DNA of 64,000 nucleotides from Candidatus Tayloriibacteriota bacterium. GTDB taxonomy: Bacteria; Patescibacteriota; Minisyncoccia; Phycocordibacterales; PALSA-1337. Shown here one piece after another: positions 20,212-30,461 of this stretch (the stretch's first letter is position 1; every line of letters starts with the position of its first letter). The notes beneath the pieces were generated by a model, which saw nothing but the letters and a program-made list of their open reading frames with translations, did no database searches and had not been told where the DNA came from. Made by a program: the position numbers and the translations under genes. The DNA is taken from NCBI GenBank assembly GCA_016215455.1, contig JACRJP010000004.1:21132-85131 (forward strand), written 5' to 3'.

Positions 20212-20739
20212 CTACTGTCGGTGACGCAGAATTTCTGCCAAACTTCCCAGTGAACCAGGACCTTCGAGAGTGATTCGAACGACATGAGCACCTGCGGGAA
20301 CCTCATCTTTGTCAGAATTGATCCAGACCACCTGAAAGTCTTCACGCACCCCAATTTGAGGTTTTGTCAGGATCTCAGGGAACTGAAGTCGCACCGCTGC
20401 CCAGAAGACTTGCTTGAGAAGATCGGCGTGAGCTGAGTCCCTTTCAAACGTCTGGAGATCAAGGGTCATCTCAGCATGAAAAGCTGCACAATCATGCTTC
20501 TTCACTTCTGCGGTTTCATGAAGAGCTTGATGAGCCTCCTGTTTAATGCGGAGATTATTGGCCTGCACTTCGAGTGAGTTTCTGGCCTCAACGAATAGGT
20601 GCCAGAGCCGTTTGTTGGTATCGTTGAGCTTACCCACCACGGTCTCGCCTTCGCCAACTTTGGTGGTGCTCGCCTTAATCTTGACGATATGAACACTTGT
20701 GATGAGTTCAATAAGGTCGAGCAGTTCTTCGGTGTTCAT
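20212..20739 (-). CDS. Hypothetical coiled-coil protein (orphan)
   Basis: 175-aa ORF with a - strand TTGACA promoter at about 20853-20858. Confidence 0.65.
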   Translation of the reverse strand: MNTEELLDLIELITSVHIVKIKASTTKVGEGETVVGKLNDTNKRLWHLFVEARNSLEVQANNLRIKQEAHQALHETAEVKKHDCAAFHAEMTLDLQTFERDSAHADLLKQVFWAAVRLQFPEILTKPQIGVREDFQVVWINSDKDEVPAGAHVVRITLEGPGSLGSLAEILRHRQ

Positions 20740-20901
20740 GTGGTAATGTTTTGAGAATACAACTCTTTCATATCACACCTGCGGGTACGATTGCCGCTAG
20801 TTCTGAGATGGTAAAGAGCTTCAAATACACATTTAACACTTAAATATACACATGTCAACCATACAGACTTTTTTACTAAAATATGGTATTTTAATTCCAT
20901 C

Positions 20902-23900
20902 ATGAATCCTTACGACCACTCATACGTCGAAAAGAAATGGCAAAAAGAATGGGCCAAGAAGAAAATTTACACCACTAAAGAAAAGGGAAAGAAGTTCTAT
21001 GTTCTCGACATGTTTCCATATCCTTCAGGAGAAGGTCTCCATGTTGGACACCCAAAGGGATACATTGCAACTGATGTCATTTCTCGTATGAAGCGTATGC
21101 AGGGTCATAATGTTCTTCATCCTATGGGCTTTGATGCTTTCGGTCTTCCTGCAGAGAACTACGCAATCAAGATGAAAACAAACCCGATGATCTCGGTTGC
21201 AGAAAACATTGAACGATACAAACAACAACTCGAAATTCTCGGTTTTGACTATGATTGGTCACGCGAGATCAATACAACTGATCCAAAATACTATAAATGG
21301 ACACAATGGATTTTCAAAAAACTTCACGAAAAGGGGTTGGCATATGAATCATATGAACCTATCAACTGGTGTCCTTTTGATAAGACAGGGTTGGCAAATG
21401 AGGATGTTGAAGATGGTCGTTGTGAACGTTGTGGCACACTTGTAGAGAAAAAACCTCTTCGTCAGTGGGTACTTCGTATTACAGACTACGCAGAGCGTCT
21501 TCTTGCTGATCTTGATGCAAAAGATGTAAATGGTACACCTCTCCTTGATTGGCCAGAATCAATCAAAGAGGCTCAAAGAAATTGGATAGGTAAGAGCGAA
21601 GGTGCAGAAATTGAATTCGCTATCGATATACACGGTGAACCTTCTACGGAAAAGATAAAGGTATTTACCACTCGACCCGACACACTGTTCGGTGTCACCT
21701 ATGTCGTACTCGCTCCTGAACATGCTTTTGTTCAAAAACTCATTGAACAATCTCCAAACAAACAATCACTTCTCGATTACATCACTGCGACTAAAAACAC
21801 TTCACAGATTGATCGTACGGATGCTAAAAAAGAAAAAACTGGTGTTGAAATTACAGGAGTATCTGCAATTAATCCTGCAAACGGTACAAAAGTTCCTGTT
21901 TGGATCGCTGACTATGTGCTTGCTGACTACGGTACAGGTGCGGTCATGGCCGTCCCAGCGCATGACGAACGTGATTGGGTCTTTGCGAAAAAATACAATC
22001 TTCCCATCATCGATGTTGTAACACCGATCGAAGGAGAACCTCATGCTGGTTCAGAATTCCGTAAAACAATCTCAGCGATTGTACACCGAAAGAGTGATAA
22101 TAAATTTCTTGCTCTCAAATGGAAGAAGTTCGGTTGGACATCAGTACCAGTTGGAGGTATAGAAGGGGATGAATCACCTGAAATAACAGCAGAACGTGAG
22201 GTTCTTGAAGAGACTGGATATGTCACAAAAGCTGTACGCACACTCGGTGGTACAGTAGAGTCACATTTCTTTGCTGAGAATAAGAATGTTTGGCGAGCAC
22301 GAGTTGATCAACCAGTTCTTCTTGAACTTGTTGATGAAAATAAAAAAGAAGTTGCTGTCGATGAACTTGAAAAGCATGAATGTGTTTGGCTCACCTCTGA
22401 AGAACTTCTCAAACAAATTACTCATCGTTACAATGCAATTGGTCTTGAACGCTTTATAGCCAAGAATGATGCATACACCGAAGCTGGCAAACTCATCAAT
22501 TCAGGAAAATTTGATGGTCTACGATCAGAAGAAGCAAAGAAAAAGATTACAACCGCAGTTGGAGGAAATTGGGTTACAAAATATAAACTTCGTGACTGGG
22601 TTTTCTCACGCCAACGATATTGGGGTGAACCGTTCCCGATTATTCACTGTGAGAAACATGGTGTTGTCCTTGTTCCTGAAAAAGAATTACCTGTCGAGCT
22701 TCCAAAAGTTGAATCATACGAACCAACAGGTACCGGTGAATCACCTCTTGCTGGTATTTCAGAATGGGTGAATACAAAGTGTCCTCAGTGTATTGCTGAT
22801 AAAAAGAAACCACACTATCTCATCTTTGATTTTGATGGAGTTCTTGGTGATACATGGACTGCAACACTTAAAGCAAAAGTATTGATGGGAGATAGCAAAA
22901 CAGAAGAAGAGGCTCAACAGGCAATCCTCGAATATTTTGATAAAAAACCATTTCACGCAAAAAACGTCCCTATTACACAAGAGAAATCGAACGCCGCGAC
23001 TAAATGGAGCAGAGACTTTGGAGAAAAAATGGCAACGATTGATTTTGATCTCTTCCATGAATTCATCAAAGAAATCAAAAAATATAAGAAAGTAAAAATT
23101 GCTGTAGTTTCATCAGGATCACGCCAATATGTGATCAAAGCAATGAAAAAATCAGGTCTCAAACCGACCCATATTCTCGCATTCGAAGATAGTCACTCAA
23201 AAGAAGAGAAGATCGAGCGTATTTGTAAGGACTGGAAAGTGGATGTAAAGGATATATATTACTTCACCGATACAAAAGCTGATGTCTACGAGCTTGAAGA
23301 TCTACTTGATCGAAACAAACTCATTGGTTGTGCTTGGGGTTATCAAGGTTTTACAAAACTCAATGAAGTTCTTCCTGATAAACAGATTCTCAAAGACTTC
23401 GCTGATATTCATCGCATTCTTAATATAGAATGTTCAGGGAAGCGCGAAACAAATACCATGCCACAATGGGCAGGTTCATCATGGTATCACCTCCGCTATA
23501 TGGATCCTACGAACAAAAAAGTACTCGTCGATCCTAAAAAAGAGAAATTCTGGAACTCTGTTGATCTCTACGTAGGTGGAGCTGAACATGCAACACGACA
23601 CCTTATCTACGCTCGTTTTTGGCACAAATTCTTATATGATATCGGGGTAGTATCGACAATTGAACCATTCTCAAAACTTCAATCCGTTGGTCTCATCATG
23701 GCAGAAGATGGTCGTAAGATGTCAAAACGTTTCGGTAATGTTGTAAATCCCGATGAAATTGTTCGTATCTACGGAGCCGATACATTGCGTCTCTATGAAA
23801 TGTTCATGGGTCCATTTGATCAAGCGATTAGTTGGAGTACCGATAGTATGGTTGGCTCACGAAGATTCATTGAGCGTGTATGGAAGATGGGCCACAAAGT

Positions 23901-24405
23901 ACTTACACAACCTCTATCACAAAAAGATGGTTCAACACTGACTCCAAGTGCTCGCACCGCACTTCATAAAGCAATTAAAAAGGTAGGAGAAGATATTGAA
24001 GACTTCCGTTTCAACACAGCAATCAGTACACTCATGATTACCTTGAATGAACTTGAAAAGGAAGCGATCGTGTCTCGTTCAGATTTTGAAGTATTTCTTA
24101 AATTAGCAGCTCCGTTCATACCACACGTTGCAGAAGAATTATGGAATGAATTAGGTAATAAGAAATCAATTCATCTCTCTGAATGGCCAACACACAATCC
24201 TGAATATCTTGTAGAAGCGGAAATAAAGATTGTCGTTCAAATAAATGGAAAGGTTCGAGCAACATTCACAACGGAAAAGGGAACAAGCGACGAAACCCTT
24301 CAAGAGACTGCTTTAAACCTCCCAGAGACCAAAAAATGGCTCAATGGTGGAACCCCTAAAAAAGTCATTATTATCAAAGAAAAGCTCGTAAATATCGTAA
24401 TATAG
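20902..24405 (+). CDS. leuS: Leucyl-tRNA synthetase with inserted Nudix and HAD domains
   Basis: MFPYPSGEGLHVGH, CP1 VFTTRPDT and GTGAVMAVPAHDERD, SRQRYWG, YVGGAEHA, KMSKR. 1167 aa because of two insertions. Confidence 0.96.
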   Translation: MNPYDHSYVEKKWQKEWAKKKIYTTKEKGKKFYVLDMFPYPSGEGLHVGHPKGYIATDVISRMKRMQGHNVLHPMGFDAFGLPAENYAIKMKTNPMISVAENIERYKQQLEILGFDYDWSREINTTDPKYYKWTQWIFKKLHEKGLAYESYEPINWCPFDKTGLANEDVEDGRCERCGTLVEKKPLRQWVLRITDYAERLLADLDAKDVNGTPLLDWPESIKEAQRNWIGKSEGAEIEFAIDIHGEPSTEKIKVFTTRPDTLFGVTYVVLAPEHAFVQKLIEQSPNKQSLLDYITATKNTSQIDRTDAKKEKTGVEITGVSAINPANGTKVPVWIADYVLADYGTGAVMAVPAHDERDWVFAKKYNLPIIDVVTPIEGEPHAGSEFRKTISAIVHRKSDNKFLALKWKKFGWTSVPVGGIEGDESPEITAEREVLEETGYVTKAVRTLGGTVESHFFAENKNVWRARVDQPVLLELVDENKKEVAVDELEKHECVWLTSEELLKQITHRYNAIGLERFIAKNDAYTEAGKLINSGKFDGLRSEEAKKKITTAVGGNWVTKYKLRDWVFSRQRYWGEPFPIIHCEKHGVVLVPEKELPVELPKVESYEPTGTGESPLAGISEWVNTKCPQCIADKKKPHYLIFDFDGVLGDTWTATLKAKVLMGDSKTEEEAQQAILEYFDKKPFHAKNVPITQEKSNAATKWSRDFGEKMATIDFDLFHEFIKEIKKYKKVKIAVVSSGSRQYVIKAMKKSGLKPTHILAFEDSHSKEEKIERICKDWKVDVKDIYYFTDTKADVYELEDLLDRNKLIGCAWGYQGFTKLNEVLPDKQILKDFADIHRILNIECSGKRETNTMPQWAGSSWYHLRYMDPTNKKVLVDPKKEKFWNSVDLYVGGAEHATRHLIYARFWHKFLYDIGVVSTIEPFSKLQSVGLIMAEDGRKMSKRFGNVVNPDEIVRIYGADTLRLYEMFMGPFDQAISWSTDSMVGSRRFIERVWKMGHKVLTQPLSQKDGSTLTPSARTALHKAIKKVGEDIEDFRFNTAISTLMITLNELEKEAIVSRSDFEVFLKLAAPFIPHVAEELWNELGNKKSIHLSEWPTHNPEYLVEAEIKIVVQINGKVRATFTTEKGTSDETLQETALNLPETKKWLNGGTPKKVIIIKEKLVNIVI

Positions 24406-24483
24406 CCTTAATATATAAGACGATTTGACAAGAAACTCAGGGTACGGTATAGTCGATACAACAATAAATTATTACCAAAGCAC

Positions 24484-25533
24484 ATGGCCCCAATCACGTT
24501 TAAACCAAAGCAAACAACAAAGCGTCTTCTCGCAGTTCTTCCTGAACGAGCACGAGACGTACTTGTACATCGCTATGGTTTAGGCAAAAGTGATGAACGA
24601 ATGACTCTTGATGCGATTGGAAAGCTCTATGGTATCACTCGTGAACGTGTTCGACAGATCGAAAATTACGCAATTAATAATATTCGAAAATCAGACGCAT
24701 ATAAGTCTGAGAAGTCTGCATTCGCTGAACTCGAAGAAGTACTTCATTCTCTTGGAGGAATTATCGTTGAAGATGATCTCTTTGCACATCTTTCAAAGGA
24801 TATAGCAACTCAAAATCATATTCACTTCCTCCTTGTTCTTGGTGAATCATTTAAGAAACGAAAAGAAGATGGTGAATTTAAGCATCGATGGCATGTAAGC
24901 GACGAACTCGCTAAAAAGGTTGAAGATTCTCTCCGTAAACTCTATGAAGGACTTGGTGACCAAGATCTTCTTCCAGAATCAGAGATTGTTAATGCTTTCC
25001 TTGATCACGTTAAGGAACTTTCTGAGAAATACAAGAACCAAGAAATTCTCAAGCGATGGTTGTCACTTTCAAAGCGTGTAGGTAAGAACCCTATGGGAGA
25101 TTGGGGAGTTTCTCACTCATCAAACATCAAGACTAAGGGTATGCGTGACTATGCATTCCTTATCATCCGAAAGCATGGTTCTCCGATCCACTTCCGTGAA
25201 GTAGCAAAAAATATCGAAAAGATATTTAAGAAAAAGGCTCACGTAGCAACATGTCACAACGAACTCATCAAGGATCCTCGATTCGTTCTTGTTGGACGAG
25301 GTCTCTATGCTCTTGCTGAATGGGGATACATGAGTGGTGTCGTTAAAGATGTTATTAAGAAGATTCTTGATAAGAATGGTCCTCTTACAAAAGATGAGAT
25401 CATCGATAAAGTTCTCAAAGAACGTTACGTAAAGGAAAACACCATCATGGTAAACCTCCAGAATCAGAGATTCTTCAAAAAAGACAAAGAGGGACGTTAC
25501 TCAATCATCGAGACAGCACAAATCGAAAAGTAA
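24484..25533 (+). CDS. Sigma70 region-4 HTH + HARE-HTH domain protein
   Basis: LPERARDVLVHRYGL...MTLDAIGKLYGITRERVRQIE (sigma r4). C-terminal PIHFREV...HNELIKDPRFVLVGRGLYAL.EWG. Confidence 0.8.
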   Translation: MAPITFKPKQTTKRLLAVLPERARDVLVHRYGLGKSDERMTLDAIGKLYGITRERVRQIENYAINNIRKSDAYKSEKSAFAELEEVLHSLGGIIVEDDLFAHLSKDIATQNHIHFLLVLGESFKKRKEDGEFKHRWHVSDELAKKVEDSLRKLYEGLGDQDLLPESEIVNAFLDHVKELSEKYKNQEILKRWLSLSKRVGKNPMGDWGVSHSSNIKTKGMRDYAFLIIRKHGSPIHFREVAKNIEKIFKKKAHVATCHNELIKDPRFVLVGRGLYALAEWGYMSGVVKDVIKKILDKNGPLTKDEIIDKVLKERYVKENTIMVNLQNQRFFKKDKEGRYSIIETAQIEK

Positions 25534-25539
25534 TCCCAC

Positions 25540-25566
25540 AAAAACACTCCACAACGGGGTGTTTTT
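25540..25566 (+). terminator. Rho-independent terminator
   Basis: AAAAACACTCC-ACAAC-GGGGTGTTTTT. Confidence 0.7.
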
Positions 25567-25586
25567 GCTATATACTTATAGACGAC

Positions 25587-26867
25587 ATGGAATTTGCTAC
25601 TCTTTTCAATGAGCTTAATCAGCAATTGCACTCAGACATCATCCCTCAGGTGATTTCTATCGTCGCAAATAGTGCACCACTTTGGCTCCCAATTATTCTT
25701 TGGAAAATATTTTGGCCTCTATGGGTTGACTATGTGCGTGCAGAATACTTTCTCAGTGAAGCGTATACACTGCTTGAAATAAAGCTTCCCAAAGAAACTC
25801 TCAAATCTCCTCTAGCGATGGAACTTTTCCTCACATCACTTCACCAGACAAGTGGTGAAGGAAACCTCTACGATAAGTTTTGGCTTGGTAAAACTCGACC
25901 ATGGTTTTCTCTTGAAATCGTATCCATCGAAGGTGACGTGCATTTCTTTATATGGATGAGAAAATCATGGAAAAATTTTATTGAATCATCTCTCTATGCT
26001 CAATTCCCAGGAATAGAAATATACGACCGTGAACATAGTGACTATGCACGTGCACTTCATTTTGATGGAAAGACAATGGCTGCATGGCCATGTGAACTCG
26101 AACTTACAAAACCGGATCCATATCCAATCAAGACATATGTTGACTATGGTCTCGATAAAGATCCTAAAGAGGAATTTAAAGTTGATCCCCTTGCTCCTTT
26201 GATTGAATTTCTTGGTTCAATGGGTGCAAATCAGCAGATATGGATTCAGATCATTGTACGTGCTCACAAATCAGAACGTCTTAAGGCTGGACATTTCTTT
26301 AAATACGAAGATTCATGGAAAGAAGATGCAAAGAAAGAAATCAACACCATACTCGTACGTGATGCAAAAACAAAAGTTGCAGGAACTGAAAATGAACAAG
26401 GTTTTCTTGTATCACCAACTATAACTAAAGGTGAGCAGGATGTCGTTGCTGCTCTTGAACGTTCTCTTACAAAACAAGCGTTTGATGTTGGTATTCGAGG
26501 TATATACATTGCTAATAAAAAAGAATTTTTCAGTAAATCAAACATCAGTGGACTTACAGGGTCTTTCAAACAGTTTAGTTCAGAACATTTAAATGGTTTC
26601 AAACCAAATGGAAGTGTATGGGGACCATCATTTAGTTTTCCATGGCAGGACTTTAGAGATTATCGAAAAAATAGGATGATTTCTCGTTTCCTTGCTGCAT
26701 ATCGACGACGAGCATTTTTCTTTCCACCAGAGGTGGGGAAGGCAATGGTCCTCAATACTGAAGAATTAGCAACTATCTTCCATTTCCCAGGCCAAGTAGC
26801 AGCTGCACCAACTTTGACACGTATTGGTTCAAAGAAGTCAGAAGCTCCGTCAAACCTCCCTATATAA
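25587..26867 (+). CDS. Conserved hypothetical membrane-anchored protein (CPR-type)
   Basis: N-terminal TM; LLEIKLPKE..KSPLAME, WFSLEIVS, YAQFP, LNTEELATIFHFP...APSNLP. Confidence 0.75.
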   Translation: MEFATLFNELNQQLHSDIIPQVISIVANSAPLWLPIILWKIFWPLWVDYVRAEYFLSEAYTLLEIKLPKETLKSPLAMELFLTSLHQTSGEGNLYDKFWLGKTRPWFSLEIVSIEGDVHFFIWMRKSWKNFIESSLYAQFPGIEIYDREHSDYARALHFDGKTMAAWPCELELTKPDPYPIKTYVDYGLDKDPKEEFKVDPLAPLIEFLGSMGANQQIWIQIIVRAHKSERLKAGHFFKYEDSWKEDAKKEINTILVRDAKTKVAGTENEQGFLVSPTITKGEQDVVAALERSLTKQAFDVGIRGIYIANKKEFFSKSNISGLTGSFKQFSSEHLNGFKPNGSVWGPSFSFPWQDFRDYRKNRMISRFLAAYRRRAFFFPPEVGKAMVLNTEELATIFHFPGQVAAAPTLTRIGSKKSEAPSNLPI

Positions 26868-26868
26868 C

Positions 26869-27846
26869 ATGGATCCAATTACTCCGGCCCCTTTCTTCAG
26901 TCGATTTAAAAAAATACTTGCGACCACTATCTGTGCAGCTGTCGCTGTTGGTATTATCGCAACCTATATTATTTTCCTTCAATCTCCAAAAAACTTTCCC
27001 GAACCTGGATATATTCATATTTCCAAAGGAGAACTTTTGAGTGATGTTGCTTACCGATTAGCACAAGAGGGATACATTAAGTCTCCTTTGTTTTTTACTG
27101 TATCAGCAACTCTTCTTGGTGGTGACAAAGGAATTCTCGCTGGAGATTATTATCTTGAAAAGAAAATTAACACTCTCGCTCTTGCAGATAGATTAGCTCG
27201 TGGAGATTTTCGATTAGTTCCTATCAAGGTAACACTACCTGAAGGTACTACCGTAAGTGACATGGCAATGATTCTCATGAAAAGAATACCAGGATTTGAT
27301 GGAGCAAAGTTTGCAGCTCTTGCCCAGACTCAGAAAAAAGAAGGATATCTTTTTCCTGACACATATTTCTTTCTTCCTAACGTTACTGCTGAAGAAGTTA
27401 TTAAAGTTCTTTCTGAAAATTTCACAAAGAAGACAGAAATTCTTAAGATAGCGAAAAATAAACTTGCAGCAACTGTCATTCTTGCTTCAATTATTGAAGA
27501 AGAAGGCGCAACAACAGAATCACGTCGAATGATTTCAGGTATATTACAAAAACGTCTTGCAGAAGGCATGCTACTGCAGGTAGATGCTCCTTTTGCATAT
27601 GCTATAGGTAAGTCTACCTATGATCTTACCCTAGAAGATCTCAAGAGTACTTCACCGTACAATACCTATCGTTATAAAGGGCTTACACCTACCCCTATCA
27701 GTAATCCTGGCCTTGATTCATTACAAGCAGCTATCACACCAACACCTTCTCCTTACTATTTCTATCTCACTGAACGTGACGGAACTATCCACTATGCACG
27801 TACCTATGAAGAACATTTGGTAAATAAAGCAAAATATATCAAATAG
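26869..27846 (+). CDS. mltG: Endolytic murein transglycosylase MltG
   Basis: TM anchor, VTLPEG, EGYLFPDTY, LASIIEEE, LQVDA, SPYNTY.YKGLTPTPISNPG. Confidence 0.95.
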   Translation: MDPITPAPFFSRFKKILATTICAAVAVGIIATYIIFLQSPKNFPEPGYIHISKGELLSDVAYRLAQEGYIKSPLFFTVSATLLGGDKGILAGDYYLEKKINTLALADRLARGDFRLVPIKVTLPEGTTVSDMAMILMKRIPGFDGAKFAALAQTQKKEGYLFPDTYFFLPNVTAEEVIKVLSENFTKKTEILKIAKNKLAATVILASIIEEEGATTESRRMISGILQKRLAEGMLLQVDAPFAYAIGKSTYDLTLEDLKSTSPYNTYRYKGLTPTPISNPGLDSLQAAITPTPSPYYFYLTERDGTIHYARTYEEHLVNKAKYIK

Positions 27847-27880
27847 TGACGAGGTGTATATGCTGTGATATAACCATCAT

Positions 27881-28975
27881 ATGAATATTCCTCGAGGGAA
27901 CAATCAAAAAGTATATGTTGGTATGTCAGGTGGAGTTGATAGCTCTGTCTCTGCGGCGCTACTTAAAGAAGCTGGGTACGATGTCACTGGTGTGTTCATC
28001 AAGGTATGGCAACCTGATTGGGTAACCTGTACATGGAAAGAAGATCGTCTTGATGCTCTCCGTGTAGCTGCACAGCTTGATATTCCTTTCATAACCCTTG
28101 ATCTTGAAGCTGACTACAAAAAACATGTTGTCGACTATATGGTAAGCGAATATACCGCAGGACGAACCCCTAACCCTGATGTAATGTGTAATAAGTACGT
28201 TAAGTTCGGAGCATTTTTCGATTGGGCAATCAAACAAGGCGCTGACTATGTAGCAACAGGACACTATGCGCAAACAGTTACACGTGCTGATGGAACATAT
28301 CTTGCTAAAGGAAATGACCCGACTAAAGATCAATCATATTTCCTTTGGACACTACACAGTACTCATCTCAAGAAAACTCTTTTTCCTGTCGGGGATATCG
28401 AAAAAACAGAAGTACGAAAATTAGCACAAAAATTTAAACTTCCGAATGCAACCAAAAAAGACAGTCAAGGGCTTTGCTTCATTGGTAAAGTAGAACTTAA
28501 AGAATTTCTATCTCATTTTGTGACATCTACAAAAGGAAATGTCATATCAGAAACAGGTAAGGTACTGGGAAGTCATGATGGTGCAGTATTTTATACCATA
28601 GGTCAGCGACATGGCTTTACCGTCGATCAATCTTCACCAAATGAACTTCCATATTTTGTGATTAATAAAAATATTGATCAGAATACTATTACCGTATCAC
28701 ATGATGATCCTCGATCTCTCGTACATTCACCAACACTTTGGAAAGTAATTCGTCTACACAATACTCTTTGGTCGAATAATCCTCCTCAAGAAGGGAAGGT
28801 GTACCAGGTACGTGCTCGGTATCGTCAAGAACTCGTTGAGTGTGTATTCAAGAAGATTGTCGGCCAAGAGAATGAGTGGCTTGCAGAAGTATCTCAACCA
28901 CTAGGTGCTACACCAGGACAGTCACTCGTCGTATACGATCAAAATATCTGTATTGGCGGTGGTAGTATCATCTAG
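27881..28975 (+). CDS. mnmA: tRNA 2-thiouridylase MnmA
   Basis: GMSGGVDSS, TPNPDVMCN, ATGHYA, KDQSYFL, KKDSQGLCF, TPGQ. Confidence 0.97.
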   Translation: MNIPRGNNQKVYVGMSGGVDSSVSAALLKEAGYDVTGVFIKVWQPDWVTCTWKEDRLDALRVAAQLDIPFITLDLEADYKKHVVDYMVSEYTAGRTPNPDVMCNKYVKFGAFFDWAIKQGADYVATGHYAQTVTRADGTYLAKGNDPTKDQSYFLWTLHSTHLKKTLFPVGDIEKTEVRKLAQKFKLPNATKKDSQGLCFIGKVELKEFLSHFVTSTKGNVISETGKVLGSHDGAVFYTIGQRHGFTVDQSSPNELPYFVINKNIDQNTITVSHDDPRSLVHSPTLWKVIRLHNTLWSNNPPQEGKVYQVRARYRQELVECVFKKIVGQENEWLAEVSQPLGATPGQSLVVYDQNICIGGGSII

Positions 28976-28988
28976 TATACTTGGAGGC

Positions 28989-29591
28989 ATGAATAAGCGA
29001 GATTCTCTCAAAAAAATCGAAGACAAACTACGTGTTTTGAAAGAATCTCCTCTCTACGAATATCGCACAACAAACAACTACTTTCCTGTTGCAGGTGAAG
29101 GTAGTCATGATGCAACTATTATGTTCGTAGGTGAGGCTCCAGGACGCAATGAAGCCAAAACAGGACGACCTTTCTGTGGTGCAGCAGGTAAAATTCTCGA
29201 TACTCTGCTTACAAGTGCTGGTATTAAACGAGAAGATGTCTTCATTACTAATATCGTTAAAGATCGACCTCCAGAGAATCGTGACCCGTCTCCACGAGAA
29301 ATAGAAGTATATGGTCCACTTCTTGATCAACAGATAGAGAGTATTCAACCGAAAGTAATCGCAACTCTTGGCCGCTATGCCATGGGATATATCATGAAAA
29401 ACTTCAATCTCGAGGAATCTCTCGAACCTATAGGGAAAGCACACGGAAAAGCATATAAAGCTCAAGCTTCATACGGTCCCATCACTATCATTGCACTCTA
29501 CCATCCTTGTGTTGCGATCTATAACAACAAAACTCTTCCCACACTCACGGCAGATTTTGCAACTCTCGGCAAGTACGCCAATAAAAGCTAA
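28989..29591 (+). CDS. Uracil-DNA glycosylase, family 4
   Basis: MFVGEAPG..E...GRPFCG.AG, ITNIVK.RPP.NRDP, YHP. ATG at 28989. Confidence 0.92.
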   Translation: MNKRDSLKKIEDKLRVLKESPLYEYRTTNNYFPVAGEGSHDATIMFVGEAPGRNEAKTGRPFCGAAGKILDTLLTSAGIKREDVFITNIVKDRPPENRDPSPREIEVYGPLLDQQIESIQPKVIATLGRYAMGYIMKNFNLEESLEPIGKAHGKAYKAQASYGPITIIALYHPCVAIYNNKTLPTLTADFATLGKYANKS

Positions 29592-29608
29592 TCTGATATA
29601 CTGTTGCC

Positions 29609-30448
29609 ATGAATCATCCCGTATATATTCTCAAAGCAGATGGAGTTCGAGAACCGTTTGATCCAAGTAAGCTTATTTATTCACTTCACAATGCAGGAGT
29701 TACTGGAAATACCGTTGATGATGTTGTGCAGCATGTACAAACACACATCAAAGATGGAATGACCACTGGTGAAATATACTCATACGCTTTTCACTATCTC
29801 CGTAGTCATTCATTACCAATCGCTCTTCGATATTCACTTCGACGTGCACTTTCAGAACTTGGTCCTAATGGTTTTCCTTTTGAAAAATTTGTTGCTGAGA
29901 TTTTCAAAGCAAAAGGCTACGAGGTACTTACCGATCAAGTAGTACAAGGAGCTTGTGTACAACATGAAATAGATGTCGTTGCATGGAATGACAAAGAACT
30001 CATCATGGTAGAAGCAAAATTTCATAATGAATTTGGCCTCAAATCAGACTTGAAGGTAGCATTGTACATTAAGGCTCGATTTGATGACTTACGACATCAA
30101 ACATTCACATTTGGAGGGAAATCTCGTACCATGACAGACGGCTGGCTTGTGACAAATACAAAATTCACTGATCAAGCTATCAAATATGGTTCATGCCAGC
30201 AACTCAAGATGGTTGGTTGGAACTATCCGCATGGAGCATCACTTCAAGACTTGATTGAAGGTTCAGGACTCCACCCATTTACATGTCTTGGTACGCTCAC
30301 TGCAAATCACAAGAAACAGCTTCTTGATAAAGGGATTATTCTTTGCCGCGACATTAAGAGAAATCCTCATGTTCTTAAGGAAATATCTATGTCAACCGAA
30401 GAGATTGCTAAAGTATTTGCTGAAATTGATACCGTGTGCGGTGCATAA
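29609..30448 (+). CDS. ATP-cone + Mrr-like restriction endonuclease domain protein
   Basis: ILKADG.REPFD.SKL..SL..AG (ATP cone), then FEKFVAEIF...GY, HEIDVVA, MVEAKFH (PD-(D/E)XK). Confidence 0.8.
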   Translation: MNHPVYILKADGVREPFDPSKLIYSLHNAGVTGNTVDDVVQHVQTHIKDGMTTGEIYSYAFHYLRSHSLPIALRYSLRRALSELGPNGFPFEKFVAEIFKAKGYEVLTDQVVQGACVQHEIDVVAWNDKELIMVEAKFHNEFGLKSDLKVALYIKARFDDLRHQTFTFGGKSRTMTDGWLVTNTKFTDQAIKYGSCQQLKMVGWNYPHGASLQDLIEGSGLHPFTCLGTLTANHKKQLLDKGIILCRDIKRNPHVLKEISMSTEEIAKVFAEIDTVCGA

Positions 30449-30461
30449 GTAACATTACACT

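Noticed and set aside
22030-23435. Inteins in leuS
   Set aside because: The inserts lack intein N-terminal C/S and C-terminal HN motifs and LAGLIDADG blocks; they are Nudix and HAD domains.
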